Assembly (NCBI RefSeq): GCF_947568905.1
Contig: NC_079166.1
Coordinates: 61,876,001 to 61,940,000 of the forward strand
Length of the DNA: 64,000 nucleotides
DNA from: Ostrea edulis
Lineage: Eukaryota
Direction: 5' to 3'
The translations under genes and the position numbers were made by a program. Shown in pieces: positions 46,669 to 59,190 of the stretch. The notes under the pieces were generated by a model that was not told the DNA's origin, made no database searches, and was given only the letters and a program-made list of their open reading frames with translations. Position 1 is the stretch's first letter. Every line of letters begins with the position of its first letter.

Positions 46669-47216
46669 TCTCTTTTTTTGGAAGTAAAATACAGAAAAAA
46701 ACTCTGAACACTTTGTAGAAATATTTCGACCGTGTTACCGGTCTTCTTCAGTCGTGTTGAATTATCTTGGCGTCGGAAATGCTACTGTTTTGCAGACTAT
46801 TCTAAGGAAGAAAAATATATACCTTCTTTAGTTTAAACTGGTGGCGTTTTATGTTTTTTCTAGGGGGTGAGATTTTATTTAATGATTACGCAATTATCTT
46901 TTAAATAAGAGAAGATCCGCCAAAAATCACCCGATAAACAGTACCTGCGAACTTATATGTAACCACTACACATGTAACAGACTACACATGTAACCACTAC
47001 ACATGTAACAGACTACACATGTAACCACTACACATGTAACAGACTACACATGTAACAGACTACACATTGATTTTCTTCTGATTTGTTATCAACGCTGGGA
47101 GAGGTGTTTTCTTTCACAGCAACGGATATTTTATAAAATGAAGACCATAATGAGTAAAATTACACGACTAAAGAAAACCCGTAACACGATCGAAATATTT
47201 CTACAAAGTGTTTAGA

Positions 47217-47264
<48 letters not shown>

Positions 47265-47810
47265 CTAAACATGATCATTCCAAATTAAAACTGGTTGAGG
47301 GCCCTTGAAAACCGAGACAGCATTAACGACTCATTGACGACAGTAGTGGGGATTTCTCCGTCACCAGCTAATATCCGTCATTACATGATAGAAAGTTACT
47401 CGTCTGCCACTTCACGTCGTCTCCTTAATATTTTATTCTCACAAAACAGCTCAGACTACACATTGATTTTCTTCTAAAAGGTGATTGTTATCAACGCTGG
47501 AAGAGATGTTTTCTTTCACAGCAAGGGATATTTTGTAAAATGAAGACCATAATGAGTAAAATAGTTATATAGTGTTATTGTCTTTCTCATCATTGGTTAC
47601 ATAGAAGTTCGCAGGTACCGTTTATCGGGTGATTTTTGGCGGATCTTCTCTTATTTAAAAGATAATTGTGTAACTATTAAATAAAATTCCACCTCTAGAA
47701 AAAAAAAAATCCATAAAACGCCACCAGTTTAAACCAAAGAAAGTATACCTTTTTCTTTCTTAGAAGAGTCTGCAAAATAGTAGCATTTCCGACGCCAAGA
47801 TAATTCAATA
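46620..47810. mobile_element. Rearranged, decayed Penelope-like element complex bounded by (AT)n
   Basis: Inverted copies of a hammerhead-like segment (46707-46758 minus, 47162-47212 plus), each abutting (AT)n. 46760-46950 is inverted at ~47600-47810 and 47043-47160 is repeated at ~47452-47560. Confidence 0.5.
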
Positions 47811-48124
47811 CGCGATATAAATGAATTTGCCTCAAGTACTGAAACAAAAGAGCTCAAAACAAACATGTACAAACAGGATTTTTCGGAGAACCCCGGAATG
47901 TGGCGGCTAATTACGGCAATCTGTACTAGCTAGGAAATAAAGTCCACAGAAAATTAGTCAACTTAAAAATCTTCCTAAATCAAGACCTTTATTCATGCTT
48001 GACACGATTGCATCTGTTAATTCCGGCCGTCGGCGAGAACACAGCTCGGAAACGTGTTCGATGTTCGAGACACCACGCTCTAGGTTACGTGAAACGAAAT
48101 CATGATGAGGAGGACTTCAGATTT

Positions 48125-48212
48125 CAATCTAATTAAAATTAGATCTTTGATCCGCTCATGCTTTGTGTAGCGATTGCATGAGCGGATCAAAGATCTAATT
48201 TTAATTAGATTG
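48125..48212. mobile_element. 88-bp hairpin MITE
   Basis: CAATCTAATTAAAATTAGATCTTTGATCCGCTCATGC arms are perfect. 9-bp TSD TTCAGATTT. Confidence 0.85.
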
Positions 48213-49802
48213 TTCAGATTTGTACATGATGTATAAACTTACATGTCTATCTTTCTATCATACTATTCTATTCTTAAATACTTTAAGAACTACATGTACT
48301 TGAAACATAAGTACTTTTAAAAAAGTTTTTTTTATTCTTTTCGTATTCGTTCCATGCATTTGAGAATAACAAGCGAACACGTTCCATCGTGAACCTGTGA
48401 GTGATGTTCAAGAGCACCGAGAACAAATTCCAAACACTTTTTTAGAATTCTTTCACTAATGATACAAAATGTAAATAAATTCTTAAATTCCTAACAATGA
48501 ACTGTAATCGTAGATTCTTTCTTAAAAGTTGAGAAACAGAACATAGACCGTTGATGTTGTGGAGAAGCGATTCCTTTTTCAGATATTTTGAATATTGGTT
48601 CCAACCTTTCCTTGACAACCATAAAAAAGAGGTACTCATTATATCAAAATTAACATACAGACACGTGGACATGTTATTCCACTTAGAACTGCGGTCCTTT
48701 GTGCGAGACGGATAGTTCTAAAATTAACGCAATTCACGCATTCTTTAAATACAGACCAATAAAACAAGACAAAAAGTATTCATCCAAACGAAACTGAGTG
48801 AGAAAACCCCCCTGTGGCACACTCTAGCCACAATTAAGAAAAAATTACGACAGTCGAGGAGTGAAACGTTCATGGAGATTTGTTTCGTGCCTACATGCAA
48901 TCATCCTCTAATCCTGGGAGTTCCGTCTGTCCACGAAATAATCTAGACTTATTTTGCTATTTGTCAAGAACAAATCAATGCTGGATTCAAGTAGTTATTC
49001 TGGACATGTTTACATCGGGACATGGACCTGTCAAAACAAATTCTCATGCAGCCACACATCGCATGTAAAAAGAAATATTCAGGATGGTGTCCCCTGAGTT
49101 TACTCCGGGAGGTTGACCTGCAGATGAAGAACAGATTCACCAGTCAGCAGCGCCCTCTCTCGGTCCTTGCGTCACCTCTCTCTGAGGACGGAGAGATTCT
49201 AGTAGACTGGGATAATTGTTTACGTTAAAATAGTCTCTATTGATGCACCGTGCGTTTATTATATGAATTGAAGTTATTTTGCAGAGACATCTCTTCTACA
49301 TTCAACACAATCATGCATATTACACCATTTCTACTCTTTTTTTTTTCTTTTGGCTTTTTTCTTCCCTTTTTAAATCATAAATCACACCTACATGTATAAC
49401 ACGTGATTCCTAGATGTCAGTTCTGAAATTTCCCAGCTTCGAACATTATATATTAATAATGTTAAAAGCTTCTGAAACCGTTACAGACTTAAAAACATCG
49501 AGCACTTCCTTCTAAATCTCAGTAATTAATGGTTTCATTAAAGACAGGCCCATCGTAATGAAAATGTTTCCGATTTACAGGTAACTATATATGTCACGTG
49601 ACGAGATGAATAATCAGGGAACAGAAACCTTGTCAGTAAATGGATACTCTCAGTTCTCCGTTTGTATATTGATTAAGGAGGCTCTCCGTCCTACGCGTCG
49701 TTCGCGGTATCATATGATCAGGCAAATTTCGCCAGGGAGCAATCTGACAAGTTTCCGTCATCGGCATTGGGAATTGACAAGATTTTTGCCTACTTGTACT
49801 CA

Positions 49803-50182
49803 CCTACGGAGATAATTCTGTAGAACACTTACCTACGGAGATAATTCTGTAGAACACTTACCTACGGAGATAATTCTGTAGAACATTAACCTATGGAGAT
49901 AATTCTGTAGAACATTAACCTATGGAGATAATTCTGTAGAACACTTACTTACGGAGATAATTCTGTAGAACATTAACCTACGGAGATAATTCTGTAGAAC
50001 ACTTACCTACGGAGATAATTCTGTAGAACACTAACCTACGGAGATAATTCTATAGAACACTTACATACAGAGATAATTTTATAGAACACTTACCAATGGA
50101 TATAATTTTATAGAACGCTTACCTATGGATATAATTTTATACAACACTTACTTACGGAGATAATTGTATAGAACGCTTACCA
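49803..50182. repeat. 29-bp minisatellite (cctacggagataattctgtagaacactta), ~13 copies
   Basis: Directly visible tandem array. Confidence 0.93.
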
Positions 50183-50548
50183 TGATTGTAATCTCTGTCT
50201 AAATTATTTTTTCAATGGCAGAAGAACTTGCAAGTTGTACGAACTTGCATCTAATCCTTTTGTATTATTATATACAATAAAATACGTTGAAATGAATTCT
50301 GGGACGAAGTATCTAAACATCAAGAGAGGACTCTCACGTTGTGGGAAGCTTGCGGTTTCGTTCATATACCTAATAAGGACATTTTTGCATTGTTTTGTTA
50401 GTTGATTTGGTGTTAAAAAAAAATTCTTGGTTTTTTTAAAGGTGGAACTCTTCTCTACTTCTCTGAAATATAATTTTCTTACAATACTACTGCTGTTACC
50501 CATTAAAATCCCATTTTATCTCTGATTTATAGGATAAATAGCGAGGTA

Positions 50549-51018
50549 CTACATGTGACAAGACTATCACGTGGTCCTACATATGACAAGACTATCACGT
50601 GGTCCTAAATGTGACAAGACTATCACGTGGTCCTAAATGTGACAAGACTATCGCATGATCATACCTGTGACAAGACTATCACGTGGTCCTACAAGTGACA
50701 AGACTATCCCGTAGTCCTACAAGTGACAGGACTATCCTATGGTCCTACAAGTGACAGGACTATTCTGTGGTACTACATGTGACAAGACTATCACGTGGTT
50801 CTACAAGTGACAATACTATCCTGTAGTCCTACAAGTGACAGGACTATCCTATTGTCCTACAAGTGACAGGACTATCCTATGGTCCTGCAAGTGACAGGAC
50901 TATCCTGTGATCCTACAAGTGACAGGACTATCCTATTGTCCTACAAGTGACAGGACTATCCTATTGTCCTACAAGTGACAGGACTATCACGTGGTCCTAC
51001 AAGTGACAGGACTATCCA
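50549..51018. repeat. 28-bp minisatellite (ctacaagtgacaggactatcctatggtc), ~17 copies
   Basis: Directly visible tandem array. Confidence 0.92.
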
Positions 51019-52577
51019 GTGGAGCCTATACATGCATTTGGATGCCATATTCGTAACTTCAAAAATTCCTGCACTGTATGTGCAGACAGACAGATAGACG
51101 AAATGATTTTGCCATAAGTTTTATAATACATGCCGTATCTCTCTAGATGTTTATAACGAACATCGCAATGGAGAAAATCTAACGCAATTTGACAAAAGAT
51201 TTTGTTTTTCAAATAAGTCACGTGAAAGAGTAGGTGAGTGCATAGGTGGCAAAAATAAGTTAAGGAAATTGTTGGGCGACATAATCGTATTCCGAAATAT
51301 ATCCGGAGGGGTCCACCTCTTCGATCTGAAATATTATAGAGGGTAATTTTTTATGGTATTTAAACACCTTGAATTGCATCAATAAAATGCATTTTTCTCA
51401 AATATCAAGTGCGGTCCTACATGTAGCTCGTGCGGTCCTAGCTCGCACGTCTGTCGTATTTAAGATCCACGCATGTCGGGGAAATGATATTGAGGAAACG
51501 CACGTCTTTCCCAACCACAAAGATAGCATACACATGCATGATATACTTTCCTGTAAAATTTCGAAAGGGGATAAATACAAATACAAGTATGACCTTGACC
51601 TGGTGAGGAGGAGGAGGTAGATACTCTCAGTATTATATTGGAAGGGAATCAATAGAACAAACGCCATCCAAAAGCTATCAGTATAAAACCATGAAAAGTA
51701 CAACCCCCTGACAGGAACATTTTCAAAGGAGATATTTTCGCACCCCTACTTCCCTGTGGTACTGACCCTCTGACGCTGTGTCACCAGTCCGTGTCCATCA
51801 ACTGAGAATTACTCAAGTCGAAAATGTCATAATCCTAAAACCGTTTTCATGATATTTCCACGAAAATTCAATTAGTAGTACATTGTTATTTCAAAATCAA
51901 TATCTCCATAAATTATGCACGTGACTGAAAATATTTCAGACCTAAGTGATTCTTAATTCATGTCCTCCCGACCAAAGTAGGTCAGATCACTGGTTAGTGC
52001 AGAATTCTGTTATCAGTACGATTTAACATTATATTTCGTTTCAACATTTATATTATTTTTTATAAAATGTAATTTTCATATGCTATTTGTCTTACGGATG
52101 CATTTGTCGACGGGTATATATAGATGATATTCAATGCTCTGTAGTTGGATATAGAATTTATTTCAGAAGTAAGATATTTGTATGAAATAAATTCCATATC
52201 CAGTTACAAAGCATTGCATTTTCTGTTTATAAAATTTTTTCTTTGGTTTTAGAACACGTTTATTTCAAATCTTAAAAACTGCACACCAAAAACGTCACAT
52301 CAGTTAACAACCAGTTGTTTTTATTTTTCCACTGCAGTGAAAATAACATGTTATTTTCACTGTAACGAAAATATCAAATTTATCTTATGGATAAATTGTA
52401 GTATTTCACCGTTGAAAATGTAATAAATTATAATATTTGACTGTTGAAAATGTAATAAAGAGCTATATATCAAAATGCCCTCGTTAAGGTGGTCGCACTT
52501 CTATTAATGAGGCGGACAGACCTTACACACATATATACCTCAAGAGGAAACCTGAATCACAATTCATCTCCTCAGAT

Positions 52578-53045
52578 GGATACACCCCCCTCCTGTCCCC
52601 CCGCTCAACAATCTGGATACCCCCCTCCTGTCCCCCGCTCAACAATCTGGATACCCCCCTCCTGTCCCCCCCCGCTCAACAATCTGGATACCCCCTCCTG
52701 TCCCCCCGCTCAACAATCTGGATAGCCCCTCCTGTCCCCCCGCTCAACAATCTGGATACCCCCTCCTGTCCCCCCGCTCAACAATCTGGATACCCCCCTT
52801 TATGTCCCCCCACTCAACAATCTGGATACCCCCCCCCTCCTGTCCCCCCGCTCAACAATCTGGATACCCCCTCCTGTCCCCCCGCTCAACAATCTGGATA
52901 GCCCCTCCTGTCCCCCCGCTCAACAATCTGGATACCCCCTCCTGTCCCCCCGCTCAACAATCTGGATACCCCCCTTTATGTCCCCCCACTCAACAATCTG
53001 GATACCCCCCCCCCTCTTCCTGTCCCCCCACTCAACAATCTGGAT
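52578..53045. repeat. C-rich ~33-bp minisatellite (cccctcctgtccccccgctcaacaatctggata), ~14 copies; followed by a 39-bp triple repeat at ~53125-53235
   Basis: Directly visible tandem arrays. Confidence 0.92.
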
Positions 53046-56000
53046 CTAACACTGAACGATTTTCTTTTTCGAACAGAAAGAATCAATTTCAGGAGACAAA
53101 TGAGTACTAAACTTTGGCCATTTATAGACAGTATACAGCGATGATCTAGACTTTCTTCATTTATAGGCAGAATACAGCGATGATCTAGACTTTCTTCACT
53201 TATAGACAGAATACAGCGATGATCTAGACTTTCTTCCACGTTTACGATGTTTTCTGGTGTCGTTTTGAGATTCAGAGAGAAGAATGAAATGAGATCTATG
53301 ATTATGATACCACTACGATTTTCGTGCAGACCGGAGTCTCAGACTCCGCAGAACGATGACGGATAAAAGTACAAATTGCAAATCTGGACCCGAATATGAA
53401 CTCTCAGATATGATACTCAAAACGAATATCCACGAAGGGCAGCTTTTGTCCATAAAGAAAACCTGACCATGTAACTTCTCTTCATTGGCTGTGTGTAACA
53501 TACCGCATTCTATCACATACTAATTTTGACTACGGATAACTCCGTTTACCTGATGAAGATTAGGGCTCACGGCGGGTGTAACCGGTCGACAGGGGATGCT
53601 TACATATCCTAGGTACCTAATCCTATCTCTGGTGTGTCCAGGGGTCCGTGTTTTGTTGGGTTTTTTTGTTTGTTTGTTGTTGTTTTTTTGGGGTTTTTTT
53701 TTTGTATTGCTTATAGGGGTTGAGATTGATCACTGTTCATTATCTTCACCTTACATCCTCTTCATGGGCTAGCGACGGTCTACGTTCAGAAATTAATCAA
53801 CATATATAGTCAATTATATTGTGTTGGAAGTCCATGATTCTAGTGTCATTTTTACTAATTATCAAGTTTTTATGCAATTCTATACATTGGTGTTTTGTCG
53901 TTGTTGGTGGTGTAAAGTTCGGTAAAGTTGCTTTATAAGATTATACAAAGAACACAGAGCAGCTTTTCATGAAATCCGCGGAATTTGATACTCACGAAAA
54001 CTGATAAAAACCACGTGGTATTTGATAATAAAAGTACGAAAATTGATAAAAACCACGTGGTATTTGATAATGAAAGTATGTATACGTCATTACTGACGTC
54101 AGTAGTGTAGCGGACAAAGTTTCTTTTGTGTTTGATAGATACGAAATTCATTTGATAAAAGATTATTTTAGTGATTTTTTAGGAGATGGGGGGGGGGGGG
54201 GGGTCTTGGTGAAAACTCTGTGAATTTAGTTTTTTGTCTGATATTGAACTTTGATCTCGCCCCTAAATTCATTTAATAAAAGATTATTTCAACGTAATAA
54301 ATCTTTAGGGGGGGGGGGGTTCTTTTAGATATTGTAATGGGCTCAACCCTCATGATTTTTCTGCCATGAGCGAAAAAGAAATCAAATAAAACTAGTGATC
54401 AAATGATCGGCATGGACTAACGCTTTCACTTTGAGATAACAAAATTCTATGATACTGTGATCGCTGATCATTCCTTTTATTTGTTTTTATGTGTATGACT
54501 ACACACAACTAATGATTAGATAATTAGTAATTAACAATCAATCAGACCCATGCCCTGTATTTGATAGTGATCCACATTATGACGCCCTATATAAATGTGT
54601 GGATGACAGGTCCTGTGCATGGGTGGGCGGCAATGCTTGCCGGAGCTAAATTTATAGTCTGGTTTTGGTGATTTTTTACATACTGGTCTCGTAATTTCAT
54701 CGATTAATTATTTGCATGTATAATTAACGCTTATTGAGAATCAATAATTAGAAAGTAAAACCTGACATGTTATATCGGGAAAGCGAAATCACACACGTGT
54801 CGAGTAAAATTTCAGACAGTTAAAAGTCAAAATGTCCTGAACAATGGGGAACTCGAAAGACAAAAGATCAATCCATAACGATGAATTATCTTGCATATTC
54901 ATTATCCATAAAAACAAAATCAATGCTTTATAAAAGTCATTTTAAAACCCAATTAAAAACCAAATTAGCGCCAGCAGTATAGCGCTCTCGTCTCAGGGGA
55001 GATGAATTATGAATAAATTGGATCCGAGCTACGATCTGTCTCTCTCACCGGCTCGGTCGTAAAATGTCACATGCACCAACTATTACATTCATTTTGATTT
55101 TACTTTGTATTAATTTCAGAACTGTTATTAATGGTCTATGACCTATGGGGTTATCAGGTGTCGTACCGAACATTGACATTCCACTTATTGAATATTCCCA
55201 CAACCAAAAAAAAAAATCTCAAAAAGGATGAAAATAGATTTCCACGCAATGTCTCGAATGAAAGATGAAACCATTTCTTTATATACTGTCATCTAATGTA
55301 CAATAGAAATAATAACCATGGGAACGCACGCAGTGACTAATTTCTGAGTAAATGTACAGTTCCGCAAAAACTACTATTGCGTCAATGATAAGCGACACAA
55401 AACTCATTTGCTGATTGCAGACTTGTGTTCGGTAGAAATTACAGCAATTTGTATCAATTACGAATTATGACTGCACGTCGGATGAAATAACTGGGGGTGG
55501 GGCGTGGGTGGTGTGGGGGTGGGGCAAGGCTTCGTTTCACGATCGTAACTCCACCTGCAAGAAAAACTGAACTACATAGTCCATATCATGGTTGGGGGTG
55601 GGGATGGGGTGGGGTGAAGTGGGGGGGGGGGGGGAGGGAGGGGGTCTACAGGGCCATGCATCTACAGAGGGTTTTTTCACCTTTTTTTTTTTTTTTTAAA
55701 TTCTAATTATGTAGCAACCTTAAAATAAAAACATTCAACAGCGCCTAGGAATAGCGATATATGGCCGATACAGCATCTAAATTGATTTTTTTTTTTTTTT
55801 AAGTTGTTACTTCTTACAAGATGTTCGTGTCTGCCTTACAATTTTATCGATTATCAATCTGTTGGTGGAAGAAAAAATATCGATTTAACGATTAAAAGAA
55901 ATCGATAATTGCAATTATTAGATTCAAATATTTTACAATTACACAAGATTTACGTTGTGGATTTTACACTCCGTAAATTCAAACCAAATGTGTAATGTTG

Positions 56001-56334
56001 TAAATATGGAACAACCGATGTGAAAATGTGCAGATTAAGAATGGGGAGAGAGCATGCATGAACACACCCCAAGATACTAATTGTACATACCGGATCATTA
56101 ATAATTCACTCCTACAGTACTGTTTACTACTCTGAAAAAATGATCGATTTGCGACCACACTTTATATTGGGAGAAGGAATGTAGAATTAATCAAGTTCTC
56201 AACTGCTGATGATAAAAGGTTTATTTATACATCATTGAACACACGGTCGCGAATGTAGCAACTTGTCCTCGATAGCAATTCATGAATGAAAACAGCTTAG
56301 TTCTAAACCATTGAAGATGGAAAAAAAACCGAGA

Positions 56335-56600
56335 GAATGTGTGAGAGAGAGAGAGAGGGGGGGATAAAGAAAGAAAATGAGAGAGAGAGGGGATAAAGAA
56401 AGAGAATGAGAGAGAGAGGGAGATAAAGAAAGAATGAGAGAGAGGGGGATAAAGAAAGAGAATGAGAGAGAAAGGGGGATAAAGAAAGAGAATGAGAGAG
56501 GGGGGATAAAGAAAGAAAATGAGAGAGAGAGGGGGATAAAGAAAGAGAATGAGAGAGAGAGAGAGGGGATAAAGAAAGAGAATGAGAGAGAGAGGGAGGA
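56335..56600. repeat. Purine-rich (GA) minisatellite
   Basis: gagagagaggggataaagaaagagaat-like units. Confidence 0.9.
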
Positions 56601-58914
56601 GATTCGTTTTAGTTTCTGTTATTAATTTATAATGCAACAGCTAAACTAAATATTGCTAACGAGTAACTTGTAGCATCAATCTTAAAAAAAATTTCTCTTG
56701 AACATTTCAAAGAAAATTGTATATAATGATTTATATGTAATCGTGTAGTTGGTGAATAAAATTAATGCAAAATAACGCTCCCGGGGCCGTTAAATCCCAC
56801 CCACCCCACCCCCAGATTTTATAGCATGAGATTAAAACCACTTACCCTCCTGCTCCTGAGAGATAATCCCTCCGAATTAATCCCTCCCCGCTCTCTGTTA
56901 GATAGGTATGTTAGCGCTATGCTTTGAACTGTATCTCTTTTTTTTACTACAGCGGTAACTTCATTATTAGCAGGAATCGCAGAGTTACATCGATCGATGC
57001 GCCAATCCAGTCCTACTGTAAATCAATGGCCATTATTCAACAACGAGGCGGATCCATCCATTTCTGAGTGTAAAGACAAACAAGAACAGTCACCTGGACA
57101 TCAAGTGACAACATATTTCCGTGAAGAGAACAAGGGGCGTAACTGGTGTAATTAGTGCATCCTCTAATTAGAAATCTGGGAACTGAGTGTTTTAATTGAT
57201 ATAAGACTTACTGATCAAAAGTGAGGTTCCATGGCCTACCCATGACTTTTTTTTTTTTTTATCAATGACATTGATCTTAGCCAAAGGGCCACAGGTCAAG
57301 GTCTCCCGAAGCAGCAACAAGTACAACTATTTCTTATAATAAAAATTAATCGAGATTAACCCCAAATTTTAACACTTTGTCTAGTCATATTCGACTTTTG
57401 TTTGAACTTATCAATATCTTAACTTCGTTTGATCACTGAACTTGACCTTTGCCATATGAACTCGATTCAGGGTCTAGGGCCGGTTCACAACTGTAAAAAT
57501 TAATCCGAATTAACTCAAGTAAAAGTGGATTAAAACTCACAACGCGTTCACTCGGGTTTAATTTAATTCGCTTCCATATTGGATTAAGTTAATCTGTTTC
57601 GGGCGTGGAATGGGTTTACTTAATTTAATCCCGAATAAGTGCACCGTGGACGCGAAGTGGGTTAAATATTGTGGGTTAAAATAATCCGGATCAAATTAAA
57701 CTGGATTAACTTAACCTAATATGAAAATGTCCATACTGTTTCTTCACTAGAAAGCTGTGTTCCGAGCAGATATGTCTTAATATTTTTAAACATCTTTGCT
57801 TGCCAATAATTTATGGCACGCTAGTATAATGTGAAACCTTTGACTGGCGAGGACGGCTTTATGCTAGTGCTATAAACCTTGGCAAAATTTCCTTGGATGA
57901 GAACCATTACACAAATGATCTATGGGTTGACGTATGGATTTCTGATATAACGTCATTACAAAGTCGTGGCCTTTTCAACACCGTACTTTTCATTTAAAAA
58001 TAAAATCAGGTAGTGCTAAAAATAGATTGGTGTTCAATTCATGGTCTCCATACATGCGTCACCCTTTCGATGAAATAAAAAAGGTTTGTTTTAAAACTTG
58101 ATTCTGGACATATCTTTGGTTTCATTTCAAAACATATTTCTAAATATGTCTAATTAGTGACCTTTACCGAGTCAAATGCCCTTGATATCGGGTCATAAGC
58201 ATTGTTTAATGATAATAACAACTTTTGTGCCATATATGTGAGTTTCTAAAGTCTTTCTAAATTAAGGTAGTTCAATACACTAAAGCTTATACTCGTTATG
58301 ACACTACGTCACAAGATGGCGATTTAAATGGTTTTTTGTTTTTGTTTTAAATTTGTATCGCTCAATTTGTTTGTCTAACATCGTAGCTCAGTGGTTAAAG
58401 TATTGGGCTAGTGAACCGCAGATCTCGACAATAAGCCCCAGAACTTCACCTCATCATCTTAAACACTGATCCAGAAACCATGATTTTCCCAATTTTCTCA
58501 CCTGAGCTTTGAGGTAAGCTAATAAAACTACCCACTCCGGACCTTCGTCTAAATTTCTCTGCACGATAGATCGCGCTGCATTTGATAAAAAATTTCATTT
58601 AGTATCTCAACTTTAATGCAACATTGGTTATTGCTAGCAGATCAAAGGATGCCGTGTCCACGCACTTTGACGCAAATAGAATGTTTGACAAATATACCTT
58701 GAAAAATTGCCATGCATTGTATAGTCAAATGAAGTCTTCTCAGGCAATCAGTTTTAAAGGTCAAATATGAAAGGTCACTGGAATTTCTCGTCCACAAAAG
58801 CAACAACAACAACAACAAAAATAAATAAATAAAAAAAAAATCGATTCATGAGCAGAAATGGCCGGGTTGCTTTAAAATATAGAGGAGTTGGTTACACAAA
58901 GTCGGTGTCATGCT

Positions 58915-58995
58915 CACAGGCACTTGTTTCATACATGGGTCCCCCTCCTTAATATTATTGAGTAGGGGGACCCATGTATGAAACAAGTGCCTGTG
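58915..58995. mobile_element. 81-bp hairpin MITE, CACAGG termini
   Basis: Perfect 32-bp arms. Flanks GTCATGCT / GCCATGCT (7/8 TSD). Confidence 0.8.
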
Positions 58996-59153
58996 GCCAT
59001 GCTTTAAAAATGACAAAGTTCAACTGCATGTAAATTTTTTCGAAGAATGTCTGATCGCTTCCCAAAAGACACATGCACATTTTCAATGCTTCCGTAACAG
59101 CTGTACAAGGTCTGAAGGATGTCAAATAAATGCTGTAAGAGGCTTTGATAAAT

Positions 59154-59155
<2 letters not shown>

Positions 59156-59190
<35 letters not shown>

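Noticed and set aside
53540-53575. CTGATGA as a possible hammerhead core
   Set aside because: No stem II or GAAA follows, and the other copies of this repeat lack the motif.
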